NCBI GenBank assembly: GCA_965226555.1
Contig: CBDDDG010000010.1
Span: forward strand, 128,001-192,000
Reading direction: 5' to 3'
DNA: 64,000 nt
From: Salinispira sp.
Lineage (GTDB): Bacteria; Spirochaetota; Spirochaetia; DSM-27196; Salinispiraceae
Positions 10,262-19,290 of this stretch are shown piece after piece. Positions within the stretch are counted from its first letter, which is position 1. Each line of letters begins with the position of its first letter. A program made the translations under genes and the position numbers. The notes beneath the pieces are model-generated. The model worked only from the letters and a program-made list of their open reading frames with translations. It did no database searches and had not been told where the DNA came from.

Positions 10262-10440
10262 TCTTTACATAAGTCTGGGCTTTTCTCTAAATCGGGTATT
10301 GTGGTGCCATCTGAAATATCAAAATTTTCTCCCGTTTTTTTCTTCGGATGAGCAAGCGTTTCCTAATCGGTCATAACCAAGGCAAGCCCTTCATTGAACC
10401 CTGCGTGTTCACGATAGTCTTCAAGCCGACTCAGATCCTC
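10262..10440 (-). pseudogene. 3' remnant of a paralogue of the 11253-11882 nuclease-like gene
   Basis: Translates EDLSRLEDYREHAGFNEGLALVMTD*ETLAHPKKKTGENFDISDG with an in-frame stop; DNA aligns with ~11385-11527. Confidence 0.8.
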
Positions 10441-10449
10441 ATTGTGAAT

Positions 10450-11058
10450 TCAAGCGGATATTGGGATGCATAAATATCGAAAAGGACAGTCCGCATTTTC
10501 ATGCGGTAGATCTTCCCACTTCATTGTGTATGTGTCATGCAAATTGATGGGGGTTTCACGGTTTTTCATTGTGCCGGAACTGGCATTTTTATCCCAACAA
10601 AGACGTCCTTCCATGTTCTTTCCGTCATGAATTCTAAACTGTTCGTCAACGGTAGATTTGTCCTTTGATTGTTCCCAATACAAATGATCATTGGTAAGAA
10701 ATACAGCATAGCCGTGTTTTATGTGCCCCGTCTGTATCCATTTCTCCAGCCGGGAAATATCCTTCAAAAAATCGTATCGGCAACAATCTTGCGCGCCATG
10801 GTTTTTCAAATTAAATACTTCGCCATCTTTCGCTACATGCTTGTGTGTTTTCGTTTTGTATTTCAATTCCACGCCAATTTTCGTGCCGTGAGTAATACAT
10901 ACAATATCACAATACTCGGATTCCCCCAACGGGTATTCAAGTCGTATTTCGCAGCCATGCTTGTGCATGTGCCACGCCAAATGATGTTGGAAATCTGCCT
11001 CGGAATGGAAAATGCAACGGCTTTGCAAAGCTTCGTGCAGAATGTTTTGGAAATTCAT
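10450..11058 (-). CDS. hypothetical protein, PD-(D/E)XK restriction-endonuclease-like fold
   Basis: SEADFQ..LAW / LEYP / CDIV / VELKY / DISRLE pattern; start at ATG 11058 with AAGGTG RBS. Confidence 0.7.
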   Translation of the reverse strand: MNFQNILHEALQSRCIFHSEADFQHHLAWHMHKHGCEIRLEYPLGESEYCDIVCITHGTKIGVELKYKTKTHKHVAKDGEVFNLKNHGAQDCCRYDFLKDISRLEKWIQTGHIKHGYAVFLTNDHLYWEQSKDKSTVDEQFRIHDGKNMEGRLCWDKNASSGTMKNRETPINLHDTYTMKWEDLPHENADCPFRYLCIPISA

Positions 11059-11122
11059 AATTTTCACCTTTGAGAAGCTCTGGAAACACGGGTAATAGCG
11101 TTTTTTCAAGCTTCACGGTACA

Positions 11123-11151
11123 ATAATATCACAAAAAAATATATATGTCAA
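11123..11151 (-). promoter_or_regulatory. sigma70-type promoter for the 10450-11058 gene
   Basis: TTGACA - 17 nt - TATTAT with TG extension on the minus strand. Confidence 0.65.
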
Positions 11152-11252
11152 ACACTTTTGTGTGAAATATTGGGAAATAAACCTTTGACCTGACCCCGCA
11201 GGAGAATGCGGGGCGGCCAGAACCAGAGTATGGCGGGCGCAATGCCGATGAT

Positions 11253-11882
11253 CTACTGCCCTTCAAGTTCCATAAACCAAAAATCACCTTTGTGAACCCA
11301 GTTGAATTCATATGATTTTTTGAGTCGGATGTCGCATATGTTATTACCAATCTCTGTTTGTGGCAGATGTATATCACGTACTTTGGTGCCATGTGAAATA
11401 TCAAAATTTTTAAAAATTTCTCCCGTTTTTTTCTTCGGATGCGCAAGCGTTTCCTGATCGGTCATAACCAAGGCAAGCCCTTCATCGAACCCTGCGCCAC
11501 AATAGTCTTCGAGACGACTCAGATCCACATAAACACCTTTCATGAAATTATTTTTTGCCCCAGCCTTTTCTCGAAAAAATTTCATTTCAACGGCAATTTT
11601 GTGACGGCCCCGGGAGTTTTCACCCTCTAATACCAAATCGATTTCACAGGGTTTGTTCGGCAGTTTGACATATGTTTCCAACTCAATTTTTGCGGATTCA
11701 TCTTCACGAAAACAGATAAGAGGAACCACCTCTTGCAAAATACACGCGTAGTGAAGTTGCATTGATGCTTCCTTGTTAAGGGACACCTGTCCTTCCCCCG
11801 TTTTCTCCATGAAAATTTTCCATGCAAACGATATACTATTTCTGAGCCGTTTTTCAAAGCTCCCTGTTAGTAAATTATCCAT
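11253..11882 (-). CDS. hypothetical protein, PD-(D/E)XK restriction-endonuclease-like fold
   Basis: EASMQ..YA / LET / IDLV / VEMKF / DLSRLE pattern, distantly like the neighbouring gene; AGGAG RBS. Confidence 0.7.
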   Translation of the reverse strand: MDNLLTGSFEKRLRNSISFAWKIFMEKTGEGQVSLNKEASMQLHYACILQEVVPLICFREDESAKIELETYVKLPNKPCEIDLVLEGENSRGRHKIAVEMKFFREKAGAKNNFMKGVYVDLSRLEDYCGAGFDEGLALVMTDQETLAHPKKKTGEIFKNFDISHGTKVRDIHLPQTEIGNNICDIRLKKSYEFNWVHKGDFWFMELEGQ

Positions 11883-12078
11883 ATTACTACTCCTAATAAA
11901 TAGTTACCATGAGTTATAAAACTCATGTATTGTTGATTATGCAACATCGCATGCTGCTGCCTGCATTTCCATAAAAAATTTTATGCCGTATGTTCGGCCC
12001 CTCCTCGTATAAAAAATTTCCTGCTATATCGAAAATCACAAAAATCTTGCCAATGGACAGTTTGTGAGACGATGCAGG

Positions 12079-15000
12079 TTAATACCATGACGGAATCAGA
12101 CTACCTGTTACGCCGGAATTTGTAAACATCTTAGATTTGTATCCGGTATATTTACCAGCGCTATTGAGCGTCAAATGCTCCTTCCATTCTTCAAGATCGC
12201 CATTGAAGGCGGTTGCCTCATAGAACATCCGGTTCATGATCCATACCGAGCTAACATCCCAGTCCGAAATATCGCCATTGAATGCGGTTGCGTAATAGAA
12301 CATCCCGTTCATTTCCGTTACCGAGCTAACATCCCAGCCCGAAATATCGCCATTGAATGCGTCTGCATTAGAGAACATCTCACGCATATTTGTTACCGAG
12401 CTAACATCCCAGCCCGAAATATCGCCATTGAATGCGGTTGCGTACCTGAACATCTCAATCATATACGTTACCGAGCTAACATCCCAGTCCGAGATATCGC
12501 CATTGAATGCGTCTGCGTTAGAGAACATCCCGACCATACTCGTTACCGAGCTAACATCCCAGTCCGAAATATCGCCATTGAAGGCGGTTGCAACCCAGAA
12601 CATCCAGACCATACTCGTTACCGAGCTAACATCCCAGTCCGAAATATCGCCATTGAAGGCGACTGCGTAATAGAACATCTGGTACATACTCGTTACCGAG
12701 CTAACATCCCAATCCGAGATATCGCCATTGAATGCGGTTGCGTTCCTGAACATTTCCGACATATCCGTTACAGTGCCAGTATCCCAGTCCGAAAGGTCGC
12801 CATTGAAGGCGCGTGCGCCACGGAACATAGAGCTCATATTCGTTACCGAGCTAACATCCCAGTCCGAAATATCGCCATTGAAGGCGTCTGCGTCATAGAA
12901 CATATAGGACATATCCGTTACCGCTCCAGTATCCCAGTCCGATAGATCGCCATTGAATGCGGTTGCATTAGAGAACATATGGCTCATATACGTTACCGAG
13001 CTAACATCCCAGTCCGATATATCGCCATTGAATGCTCGTGCGCCAGAGAACATATAGGACATATCCGTTACTGAGGTGGTAATAATGTAGTTGAGATCGG
13101 CAGTATCGCCCCAGGTTGTTATTCCCGCAGTTGCCGCTGTTTGCAGTTCAGCGTTAGTAGTAGGGCTCACGGTAACATAAAAATGTTTGGAAAACTGTTC
13201 AGTTCCCCCGCCGTCTTCGCCAGATACGAGGTATGTTCCAGCCGTTGTATGTGGGGTAACGGTAATAATTCCAGTACCCGCATTAACTGTCGGCGGGGTA
13301 ACCGTTGATGTCGGGGAAGTAACCGTAGTTAAAGAAACAGTCAAATTCTCAGTGGCAATACGGGTATCAATAGCAGCCGAAAGAATTGCGAGCACTGCCC
13401 TACCAGATGGAACCTGTGTCGCAAAAACCGGCAGCATTGCTGTGCTACTCCCCGACCATGCGCCTGCGCCCTGCGCGTTCACGGCGCGCACCTGCACTTC
13501 GTAGCTGTTGCCGTTTGTCAGTCCGGTAATGGTGTGGCTTGTGTTTGTGCCGATGCCGGAGCTAATAGGCGTCCATGCTCCGCCGCCTCTGCGATACTGC
13601 ACCTCATACCCGGTAATGTCCGTGCCGCCGTTGTCGGTCGGCGCGCTCCATGCCACGCCAAGTTCGGTGTCTCTGGCTGTGAGCGTTGGAGCTGCTGGCG
13701 CGTTGGGAGCAATGTTGGGGGTGGCGATGGCGGAGAGCGACCACGGGCTATTGCCCTGCGCGTTGACGGCGCGTACCTGCACTTCGTAGCTGTTGCCGTT
13801 TGTCAGGCCGGTAATGGTGTGGCTTGTGTTTGTGCCGGAGCTAATAGGCACCCATGCTCCGCTGCCTGTGCGGTATTGCAGCTCATAGCGAGTAATGTCC
13901 GTGCCGCCGTTGTCGGTCGGAGCGCTCCATGCAACAGTGAGCCGAGCGTTCCCCTCTGTAAGTGTTGGTGCTGCTGGCGCGTTGGGAGCAATGTTGGGGG
14001 TTGCTGTGGCGCTCCCCGACCATGCGCCTGCGCCCTGCGCGTTGACGGCGCGTACCTGTACTTTATAGCTATTGCCGTTTGTCAGTCCGGTAATGGTGTG
14101 GGTTGTGCGTGTGCTGGAGCTAATAAGCGTCCATGCTCCGCCGCCTCTGCGATACTGCAACTCATAGCGAGTAATGTCCGTGCCGCCGTTGTCGGTCGGC
14201 GCAGTCCATGCAACAGTGATCTGGGTGTTTCCAACGGTAAGTGTTGGTGCTGCTGGCGCGTTGGGAGCAATGTTGGGGGTTGCTGTGGCGCTCCCCGACC
14301 ACGGGCTATTGCCCTGCGCGTTGACGGCGCGTACCCGTACTTCGTAGCTGTTGCCGTTTGTCAGTCCGGTGATGGTGTGGCTTGTGCGTGTGCTGGAGCT
14401 AATAAGCGTCCATGCTCCGTTGCCTCTGCGATATTGCAACTCATAGCGAGTAATGTCCGTGCCGCCGTTGTCGGTCGGCGCAGTCCATGCTACGCCGAGC
14501 TGGGTGTTTCCAACGATGAGTGTTGGAGCTGCAGGCGCTCTGGGAGCAATGTCGGGGGTTGCTGTGGCGCTCCCCGACCATGGGCCCGCGCCTTTCGCGT
14601 TGACGGCGCGTACCCGTACTTCGTAGCTATTGCCGTTTGTTAGGCCTGTGATGGTGTGGGTTGTGCTTGTGCCGGAGTCAATTATTTTCCTCTGCCAACT
14701 CCTACCGGTTTGGTAATACTGCAGCTCATAGCGAGTAATGTCCGTGCCGCCGTTGTCGGTCGGAGCGCTCCATGCAACAGTGAGCCGAGCGTTCCCCTCT
14801 GTAAGTGTTGGTGCTGCTGGCGCGTTGGGAGCAATGTTGGGGGTTGCTGTGCTACTCCTCGACCATGGGCTATTGCCCTGATCGTTGACGGCGCTCACCT
14901 GTACTTCGTAGCTGTTGCCGTTTGTCAGTCCGGTAATGGTGTGGCTTGTGCGTGTGCCGATGCCGGAGCTAATAAGCGTCCATGCCCCGCCGCCTGTGCG

Positions 15001-16689
15001 GTACTGCAGCTCATACCGGGTAATGGCGCTGCCTCCAGTGTCGGTCGGAGCGCTCCATGCTACAGTGAGTTGGGTGTTTCCAACGGCGAGCGTGGGCGCT
15101 GTCGGCGCCATGGGAACGGCAACAGGGGTTGCCGATGCAGAGGGTGACCATTCGCCCGTGCCCTGTGCGTTGACGGCGCGTACCTGTACTTTATAGCTAT
15201 TGCCGTTTGTCAGTCCGGTAATGGTGTGGCTGGTGTTTGTGCCGATGCCGGAGCTAATAAGCGTCCATGCTCCACTGTTTCCTTTGAGATACTGCAGCTC
15301 ATAGCGGGTAATGGCGCTGCCGCCGGTGTTCGGCGCAGTCCATGTTACGCCGAGCTGGGTGTTTCCGGCGGTGAGCGTGGGCGAATCGGGAGTGCTGGGA
15401 ATGGTAGCGGGGGTTGCGGAGGCGCTCCCCGACCATGGGCCACTGCCCTGATCGTTCACGGCGCGCACTTGTACTTCGTAGCTGTTGCCGTTTGTCAGTC
15501 CCGTAATGGTGTGGCTGGTGCTTGTGCCGATGCCGGAGACAATTAAGGTCCATGCTCTGTCGCCTGCGCGATATTGCAGCTCATACCCGGTAATGGCAGT
15601 GCTTCCGTTGTCGGCGGGAGTGCTCCATGCCGCGGTGAGCTGGGTGTTTCCAACGGTGAGTGTTGGAACTGCAGGGGCGTTGGGAGTAACGTCGGGAGTT
15701 GCTGTAGTACTCCCCGACCATGGGCTATTACCCTGCGCGTTCACGGCGCGCACCTGTACTTCGTAGCTATTGCCGTTTGTCAGTCCCATAATGGTGTGGC
15801 TTGTAGTAGTAATTTCGGAATCGGTAGTTACATCCAGCCACATTCCTTCCGGGTCGGCAACTTCGCGATATTGCAGTTCATACCGAAGAATTTCGCTTCC
15901 GCCGGTGTTCGGCGCGTTCCATGTCGCGGTGAGCCGGTTGTTTCCGTGGGTGAGCGTTGGCGCATTGGGAGCGGAGGGTATGGTAACCGGAATTGCCGTG
16001 AGAATTTCCGACGGGTTACCATTGCCCTTCGCATTAACAGCATATACCCGCACAGCGTACTCGGTGCCGTTTGTCAGTTCCATAATGGTGTAGGTAAAAA
16101 TGCCGGCATCGCCAGCAGCATCGCCATTGGCAATTACAGCGGCAGATTCCCACTCGCCTGCATGAGCTTCGCGATATTGCAGCTCATACCCGGTAATTTC
16201 GCTGCCGCCGTCATCGGTTGGCGCAGCCCATGTCGCGGTAATGTGTGCGTCATCCGCTTCAAGCGTAAACGCAGTCGGCGCCATAGGAACGGCAACAGGG
16301 GTTGCGGCGGCGCTCTCCGACCATGCGCCATTGCCTTTCGCATTCACGGCGCGCACCTGTACTGTGTACTCGGTGCCGTTTGTTAGTTCTGTAATGGTGT
16401 AGGTAAAAATGCCGGCATCGCCAGCAGCATCGCCATTGGCAATTACAGCGGCAGATTCCCACTCGCCTGCATCGGCTTCGCGATATTGCAGCTCATACCC
16501 GGTAATTTCACTGCCGCCGTCATCGGTTGGCGCAGCCCATGCCGCAATGAGTTGCCCGTTGCCCTCTTCAAGGGTTGGGACAAGCATTTCACCCGGTGCG
16601 GTGATATCATCTACCAGATCAGATCCCGGTAGCGGGCATCCGGCAAGCAGCGCGATAAACATTGCGCAGAATATGACATGAAACTTCAT
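12079..16689 (-). CDS. large surface lipoprotein: 11 FN3 domains + 12 DUF285 (BspA-like) repeats
   Basis: Signal peptide/lipobox MKFHVIFCAMFIALLAGC; 11 'Y.V.V.AVN..G' FN3 units; 12 x 25-aa FNGD repeats. Confidence 0.92.
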   Translation of the reverse strand: MKFHVIFCAMFIALLAGCPLPGSDLVDDITAPGEMLVPTLEEGNGQLIAAWAAPTDDGGSEITGYELQYREADAGEWESAAVIANGDAAGDAGIFTYTITELTNGTEYTVQVRAVNAKGNGAWSESAAATPVAVPMAPTAFTLEADDAHITATWAAPTDDGGSEITGYELQYREAHAGEWESAAVIANGDAAGDAGIFTYTIMELTNGTEYAVRVYAVNAKGNGNPSEILTAIPVTIPSAPNAPTLTHGNNRLTATWNAPNTGGSEILRYELQYREVADPEGMWLDVTTDSEITTTSHTIMGLTNGNSYEVQVRAVNAQGNSPWSGSTTATPDVTPNAPAVPTLTVGNTQLTAAWSTPADNGSTAITGYELQYRAGDRAWTLIVSGIGTSTSHTITGLTNGNSYEVQVRAVNDQGSGPWSGSASATPATIPSTPDSPTLTAGNTQLGVTWTAPNTGGSAITRYELQYLKGNSGAWTLISSGIGTNTSHTITGLTNGNSYKVQVRAVNAQGTGEWSPSASATPVAVPMAPTAPTLAVGNTQLTVAWSAPTDTGGSAITRYELQYRTGGGAWTLISSGIGTRTSHTITGLTNGNSYEVQVSAVNDQGNSPWSRSSTATPNIAPNAPAAPTLTEGNARLTVAWSAPTDNGGTDITRYELQYYQTGRSWQRKIIDSGTSTTHTITGLTNGNSYEVRVRAVNAKGAGPWSGSATATPDIAPRAPAAPTLIVGNTQLGVAWTAPTDNGGTDITRYELQYRRGNGAWTLISSSTRTSHTITGLTNGNSYEVRVRAVNAQGNSPWSGSATATPNIAPNAPAAPTLTVGNTQITVAWTAPTDNGGTDITRYELQYRRGGGAWTLISSSTRTTHTITGLTNGNSYKVQVRAVNAQGAGAWSGSATATPNIAPNAPAAPTLTEGNARLTVAWSAPTDNGGTDITRYELQYRTGSGAWVPISSGTNTSHTITGLTNGNSYEVQVRAVNAQGNSPWSLSAIATPNIAPNAPAAPTLTARDTELGVAWSAPTDNGGTDITGYEVQYRRGGGAWTPISSGIGTNTSHTITGLTNGNSYEVQVRAVNAQGAGAWSGSSTAMLPVFATQVPSGRAVLAILSAAIDTRIATENLTVSLTTVTSPTSTVTPPTVNAGTGIITVTPHTTAGTYLVSGEDGGGTEQFSKHFYVTVSPTTNAELQTAATAGITTWGDTADLNYIITTSVTDMSYMFSGARAFNGDISDWDVSSVTYMSHMFSNATAFNGDLSDWDTGAVTDMSYMFYDADAFNGDISDWDVSSVTNMSSMFRGARAFNGDLSDWDTGTVTDMSEMFRNATAFNGDISDWDVSSVTSMYQMFYYAVAFNGDISDWDVSSVTSMVWMFWVATAFNGDISDWDVSSVTSMVGMFSNADAFNGDISDWDVSSVTYMIEMFRYATAFNGDISGWDVSSVTNMREMFSNADAFNGDISGWDVSSVTEMNGMFYYATAFNGDISDWDVSSVWIMNRMFYEATAFNGDLEEWKEHLTLNSAGKYTGYKSKMFTNSGVTGSLIPSWY
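12195..13075 (-). repeat. 12 tandem 75-bp coding repeats (DUF285)
   Basis: Recurring accgagctaacatcccagtccga.atatcgccattgaa at 75-bp period. Confidence 0.95.
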
Positions 16690-16875
16690 TCTCAACAAAA
16701 GCATTTTGAATAGCAACAGACCGGGGTAGGCTTCCCTGCCAACCGCGCTGCTTCCTCGGGTATCGTGTTCTGTAACAATATCCTCAATGGGCTTCCAGTC
16801 GATAATCTGGTCAATTTTCCGATAGAAGGTGTTTTTCCGTGTACGTCTTTCCATACTGTCTGCGACAAATGACAT
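16690..16875 (-). pseudogene. N-terminal remnant of an IS5-family transposase fused in frame to the lipoprotein gene
   Basis: IDQIIDWKPI...GREAYPGLLLFKMLLL resembles LYELINWKEI...GAKGYHPVMMFKVLLL of the IS5 transposase at 54178-55194; AGGAG RBS before ATG 16875. Confidence 0.8.
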
Positions 16876-17094
16876 AGTGAGCTCCTGAGATTTGATCATG
16901 GCGAGGATCATAGCATATATATGAGGACGATTACAGCCAGAAAGCGAAAAATCGAAAGAAAAATTCAAAAACGTTCATATGGGATGTTGATACTCCGGAT
17001 ACATGAACGGTACTACCGATGAGACTGTTGCCGTGCAACAATCTCTTTTTATGGAAAATTTGCATTTTGTCAAACTTTCAGCAATACTGTTTAT

Positions 17095-18036
17095 ATGCTA
17101 AGTGCGAATTCAAACATCTTACTTGTGCTGCTCGCGATATTTTCAGCAAGCTGCGCAACCGATTGGGACATTCCCGATACCGCAAAATATCCGGCAGAAA
17201 TTGATATTGTCAGTCTGAACATTCATTATCTGGTTCCCGAACGGGACAGCACTAACTGGGATGCGCGAAAATATGCGGTAACAGAAATGCTGAATACCGT
17301 GAATGCCGACATCGTTATTTTTCAGGAAATGGAAACATTCCACCTGCATGGAAGCGACCCTCACACTACCTCTCATGAAAACATTCAGCTGGACTGGATC
17401 ATGCAGATGGTCCCCAATTATACGGCAGGGGCAATTGGGAATGCCGATAAATTCCCCATAACACAACCCATACTGTACCGCAGCGATCGTTTTACCCTCA
17501 TCCGGCAGGGCTTCTTCTACTATTCCCCCACTCCCGATGTCATTTACAGCCGCCCATGGAATGGAGGGTATCCGTCCTTCAGTACCTGGATGCATCTGCG
17601 CGATACACAAACAGAAGAAGAATTTATTGTTCTGAACAGTCATCTGGATGCCTTCAACGGTAAGAATCGGAGCGATACTATTGAGCTCATCATAAAACGG
17701 CTGCCGGAAATATCCCAAGGACTGCCCGTAATTGCCGGAGGCGACTATAACATGCTGACAACCGATCCCATCCTCGCTGAACTGACATCAATCGGCCTGA
17801 AATACATCCCCATGCAGGGAAGTAGTTTCCATTTCGGACGGGGTTTACATCTCTACCCCTCAATTGATCATTTCTACGTATCCCCCGAATGGGAAGTAAA
17901 AGATGGGGGCGTCATGCAGAAGAAATGGCCCAATGAAGAGGGAATGCCCGAGCGCCGAATTACAGCCCGAGGAAGCTGGAACCCCGACTGGCCCTCGGAT
18001 CACCATCCCGTTTTTGCCCGCCTTCTTCTTCAGTAA
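17095..18036 (+). CDS. endonuclease/exonuclease/phosphatase family lipoprotein
   Basis: Lipobox FSASC; SLNI, DIVIFQE, NSHLD, GGDYN, IDH and SDHHPV motifs. Confidence 0.9.
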   Translation: MLSANSNILLVLLAIFSASCATDWDIPDTAKYPAEIDIVSLNIHYLVPERDSTNWDARKYAVTEMLNTVNADIVIFQEMETFHLHGSDPHTTSHENIQLDWIMQMVPNYTAGAIGNADKFPITQPILYRSDRFTLIRQGFFYYSPTPDVIYSRPWNGGYPSFSTWMHLRDTQTEEEFIVLNSHLDAFNGKNRSDTIELIIKRLPEISQGLPVIAGGDYNMLTTDPILAELTSIGLKYIPMQGSSFHFGRGLHLYPSIDHFYVSPEWEVKDGGVMQKKWPNEEGMPERRITARGSWNPDWPSDHHPVFARLLLQ

Positions 18037-18122
18037 AAAAATTTCTCATTAGATCATGCGCTGCGGGCAATACGGCAGTTCGAACGAGCGCAGCACCAAC
18101 CCGCAATAATGCTCCAATTTCT

Positions 18123-18554
18123 TCAACGCTTTGTCGGAGGATCGGCGACCAAACACATCCATTCCGCTTCGGCAGCAGTCTCATCGCCAACCAGAGCGAC
18201 ACCGCGTTGCCTGATCATACGCGAAGATATGCGGGTATTCTGAATTTCAAACCGCACCTTTTCGTTGGGTCGTACCTGACGGCGAAATTTTACTTTATCA
18301 ATTGTCGCCAGAAAAAACAGTTTGTCATCCGGCAGTTTTCCTGCCTGCCGCACACCGGCGCCTCCGCACTGCGCCATGGTCTCAACCAGAATGACACCAG
18401 GAACAACCGGATATTTGGGGAAATGTCCCTTGAAAAACGCTTCTTCGGAGGTGTATATTCTCGTACCGACAATCTGCTCATCGCTTACATCAACAAGCTC
18501 ATCAACAAAAAGAAAGGGTTCCCTATGCGGTAATAACTCTTTTATATTCTTCAT
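18123..18554 (-). CDS. fabZ: 3-hydroxyacyl-ACP dehydratase
   Basis: LLPHREPFLFVD, FFKGHFP..PVVPGVILVETMAQ; start ATG 18554 with GGAG RBS. Confidence 0.96.
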   Translation of the reverse strand: MKNIKELLPHREPFLFVDELVDVSDEQIVGTRIYTSEEAFFKGHFPKYPVVPGVILVETMAQCGGAGVRQAGKLPDDKLFFLATIDKVKFRRQVRPNEKVRFEIQNTRISSRMIRQRGVALVGDETAAEAEWMCLVADPPTKR

Positions 18555-18560
18555 AATAAC

Positions 18561-18825
18561 TCCAGTAGCAAAAGATTCAGAATGCTTTCTATGTACATAG
18601 CATTCTCTCATTTCTATAGAAATATAGTGTACCGATAATACTATACGAAAGGTTTGCAAAATGCAAAACTTTGTTATATTCCTGATTCTCTCAAGATGTG
18701 GTGCGCTTATGGTTGAATTCGCCAACTTTTTTATTAGTCTCTTGACAGCTCATTATTCTGCATGGTAGGTTTTTATACTTAAAGAAAATTTTGCATTGGA
18801 AAAGTTTCCAGTAGCAAAACGTTTT
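18561..18825. repeat. degenerate modules of the AT-rich hairpin repeat in the fabZ/accB divergent promoter region
   Basis: 18561-18622 resembles the reverse complement of ~62095-62161; 18784-18825 is ttttgcattggaaa..tttccagtagcaaaa. Confidence 0.7.
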
Positions 18826-18846
18826 CAAAGTTCGAAGGAGGAGATT

Positions 18847-19290
18847 GTGGACACAAAAGAATTGTTCGAACTTATTGATAAGTTTGATAAGAGCGGACTA
18901 TCAGTAATTAAATATCAAACGGATAATGACAGCCTTGTCTTACGAAAGGAGGCTGCCGCCGTTCAGGCAGTATACGCTCCGGCTGAGCAGCAGGCGCCGG
19001 CCGCCGGCACTACCGAAAATAACAGGACTCAGGCACCCGATAATCCCGATACTGAAATTATCACTGCCCCAATTGTGGGAACCTTTTATCGGTCGCCTTC
19101 CCCAGACAGCCCCCCTTTTGCGGAAGAAGGGAGTTCTGTGAAAGCGGGAATGACCCTCTGCATTATTGAGGCAATGAAGGTAATGAATGCGCTTGAGGCC
19201 GACTATGATATGGAAATTGTACACATTCTGGTCGAGGGCGGCAGTATGGTGGAGTACGGCGCCCCTCTGCTTGAGGTAAAACGCCTATGA
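18847..19290 (+). CDS. accB: acetyl-CoA carboxylase biotin carboxyl carrier protein
   Basis: APIVGTFYRSPSP, IIEAMKVMN biotinylation motif; GTG start after AGGAGGAG. Confidence 0.96.
   Translation: MDTKELFELIDKFDKSGLSVIKYQTDNDSLVLRKEAAAVQAVYAPAEQQAPAAGTTENNRTQAPDNPDTEIITAPIVGTFYRSPSPDSPPFAEEGSSVKAGMTLCIIEAMKVMNALEADYDMEIVHILVEGGSMVEYGAPLLEVKRL

Noticed and set aside
12195..13075. Regularly spaced repeats with variable intervals resembling a CRISPR array
   Set aside because: 75-bp period, in frame within a DUF285 coding region; the variable parts are homologous to each other; no cas genes
12175..16681. Long repetitive plus-strand ORFs (256, 369, 270 aa etc.)
   Set aside because: Antisense shadows of the FN3/DUF285 repeats; the same applies to the shadow ORFs over metH, acc, Rpn and transposase genes
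18555..18846. Long N-terminal extensions of fabZ and accB in the ORF track
   Set aside because: They translate hairpin-repeat/promoter DNA; better starts with RBS exist at 18554 and 18847
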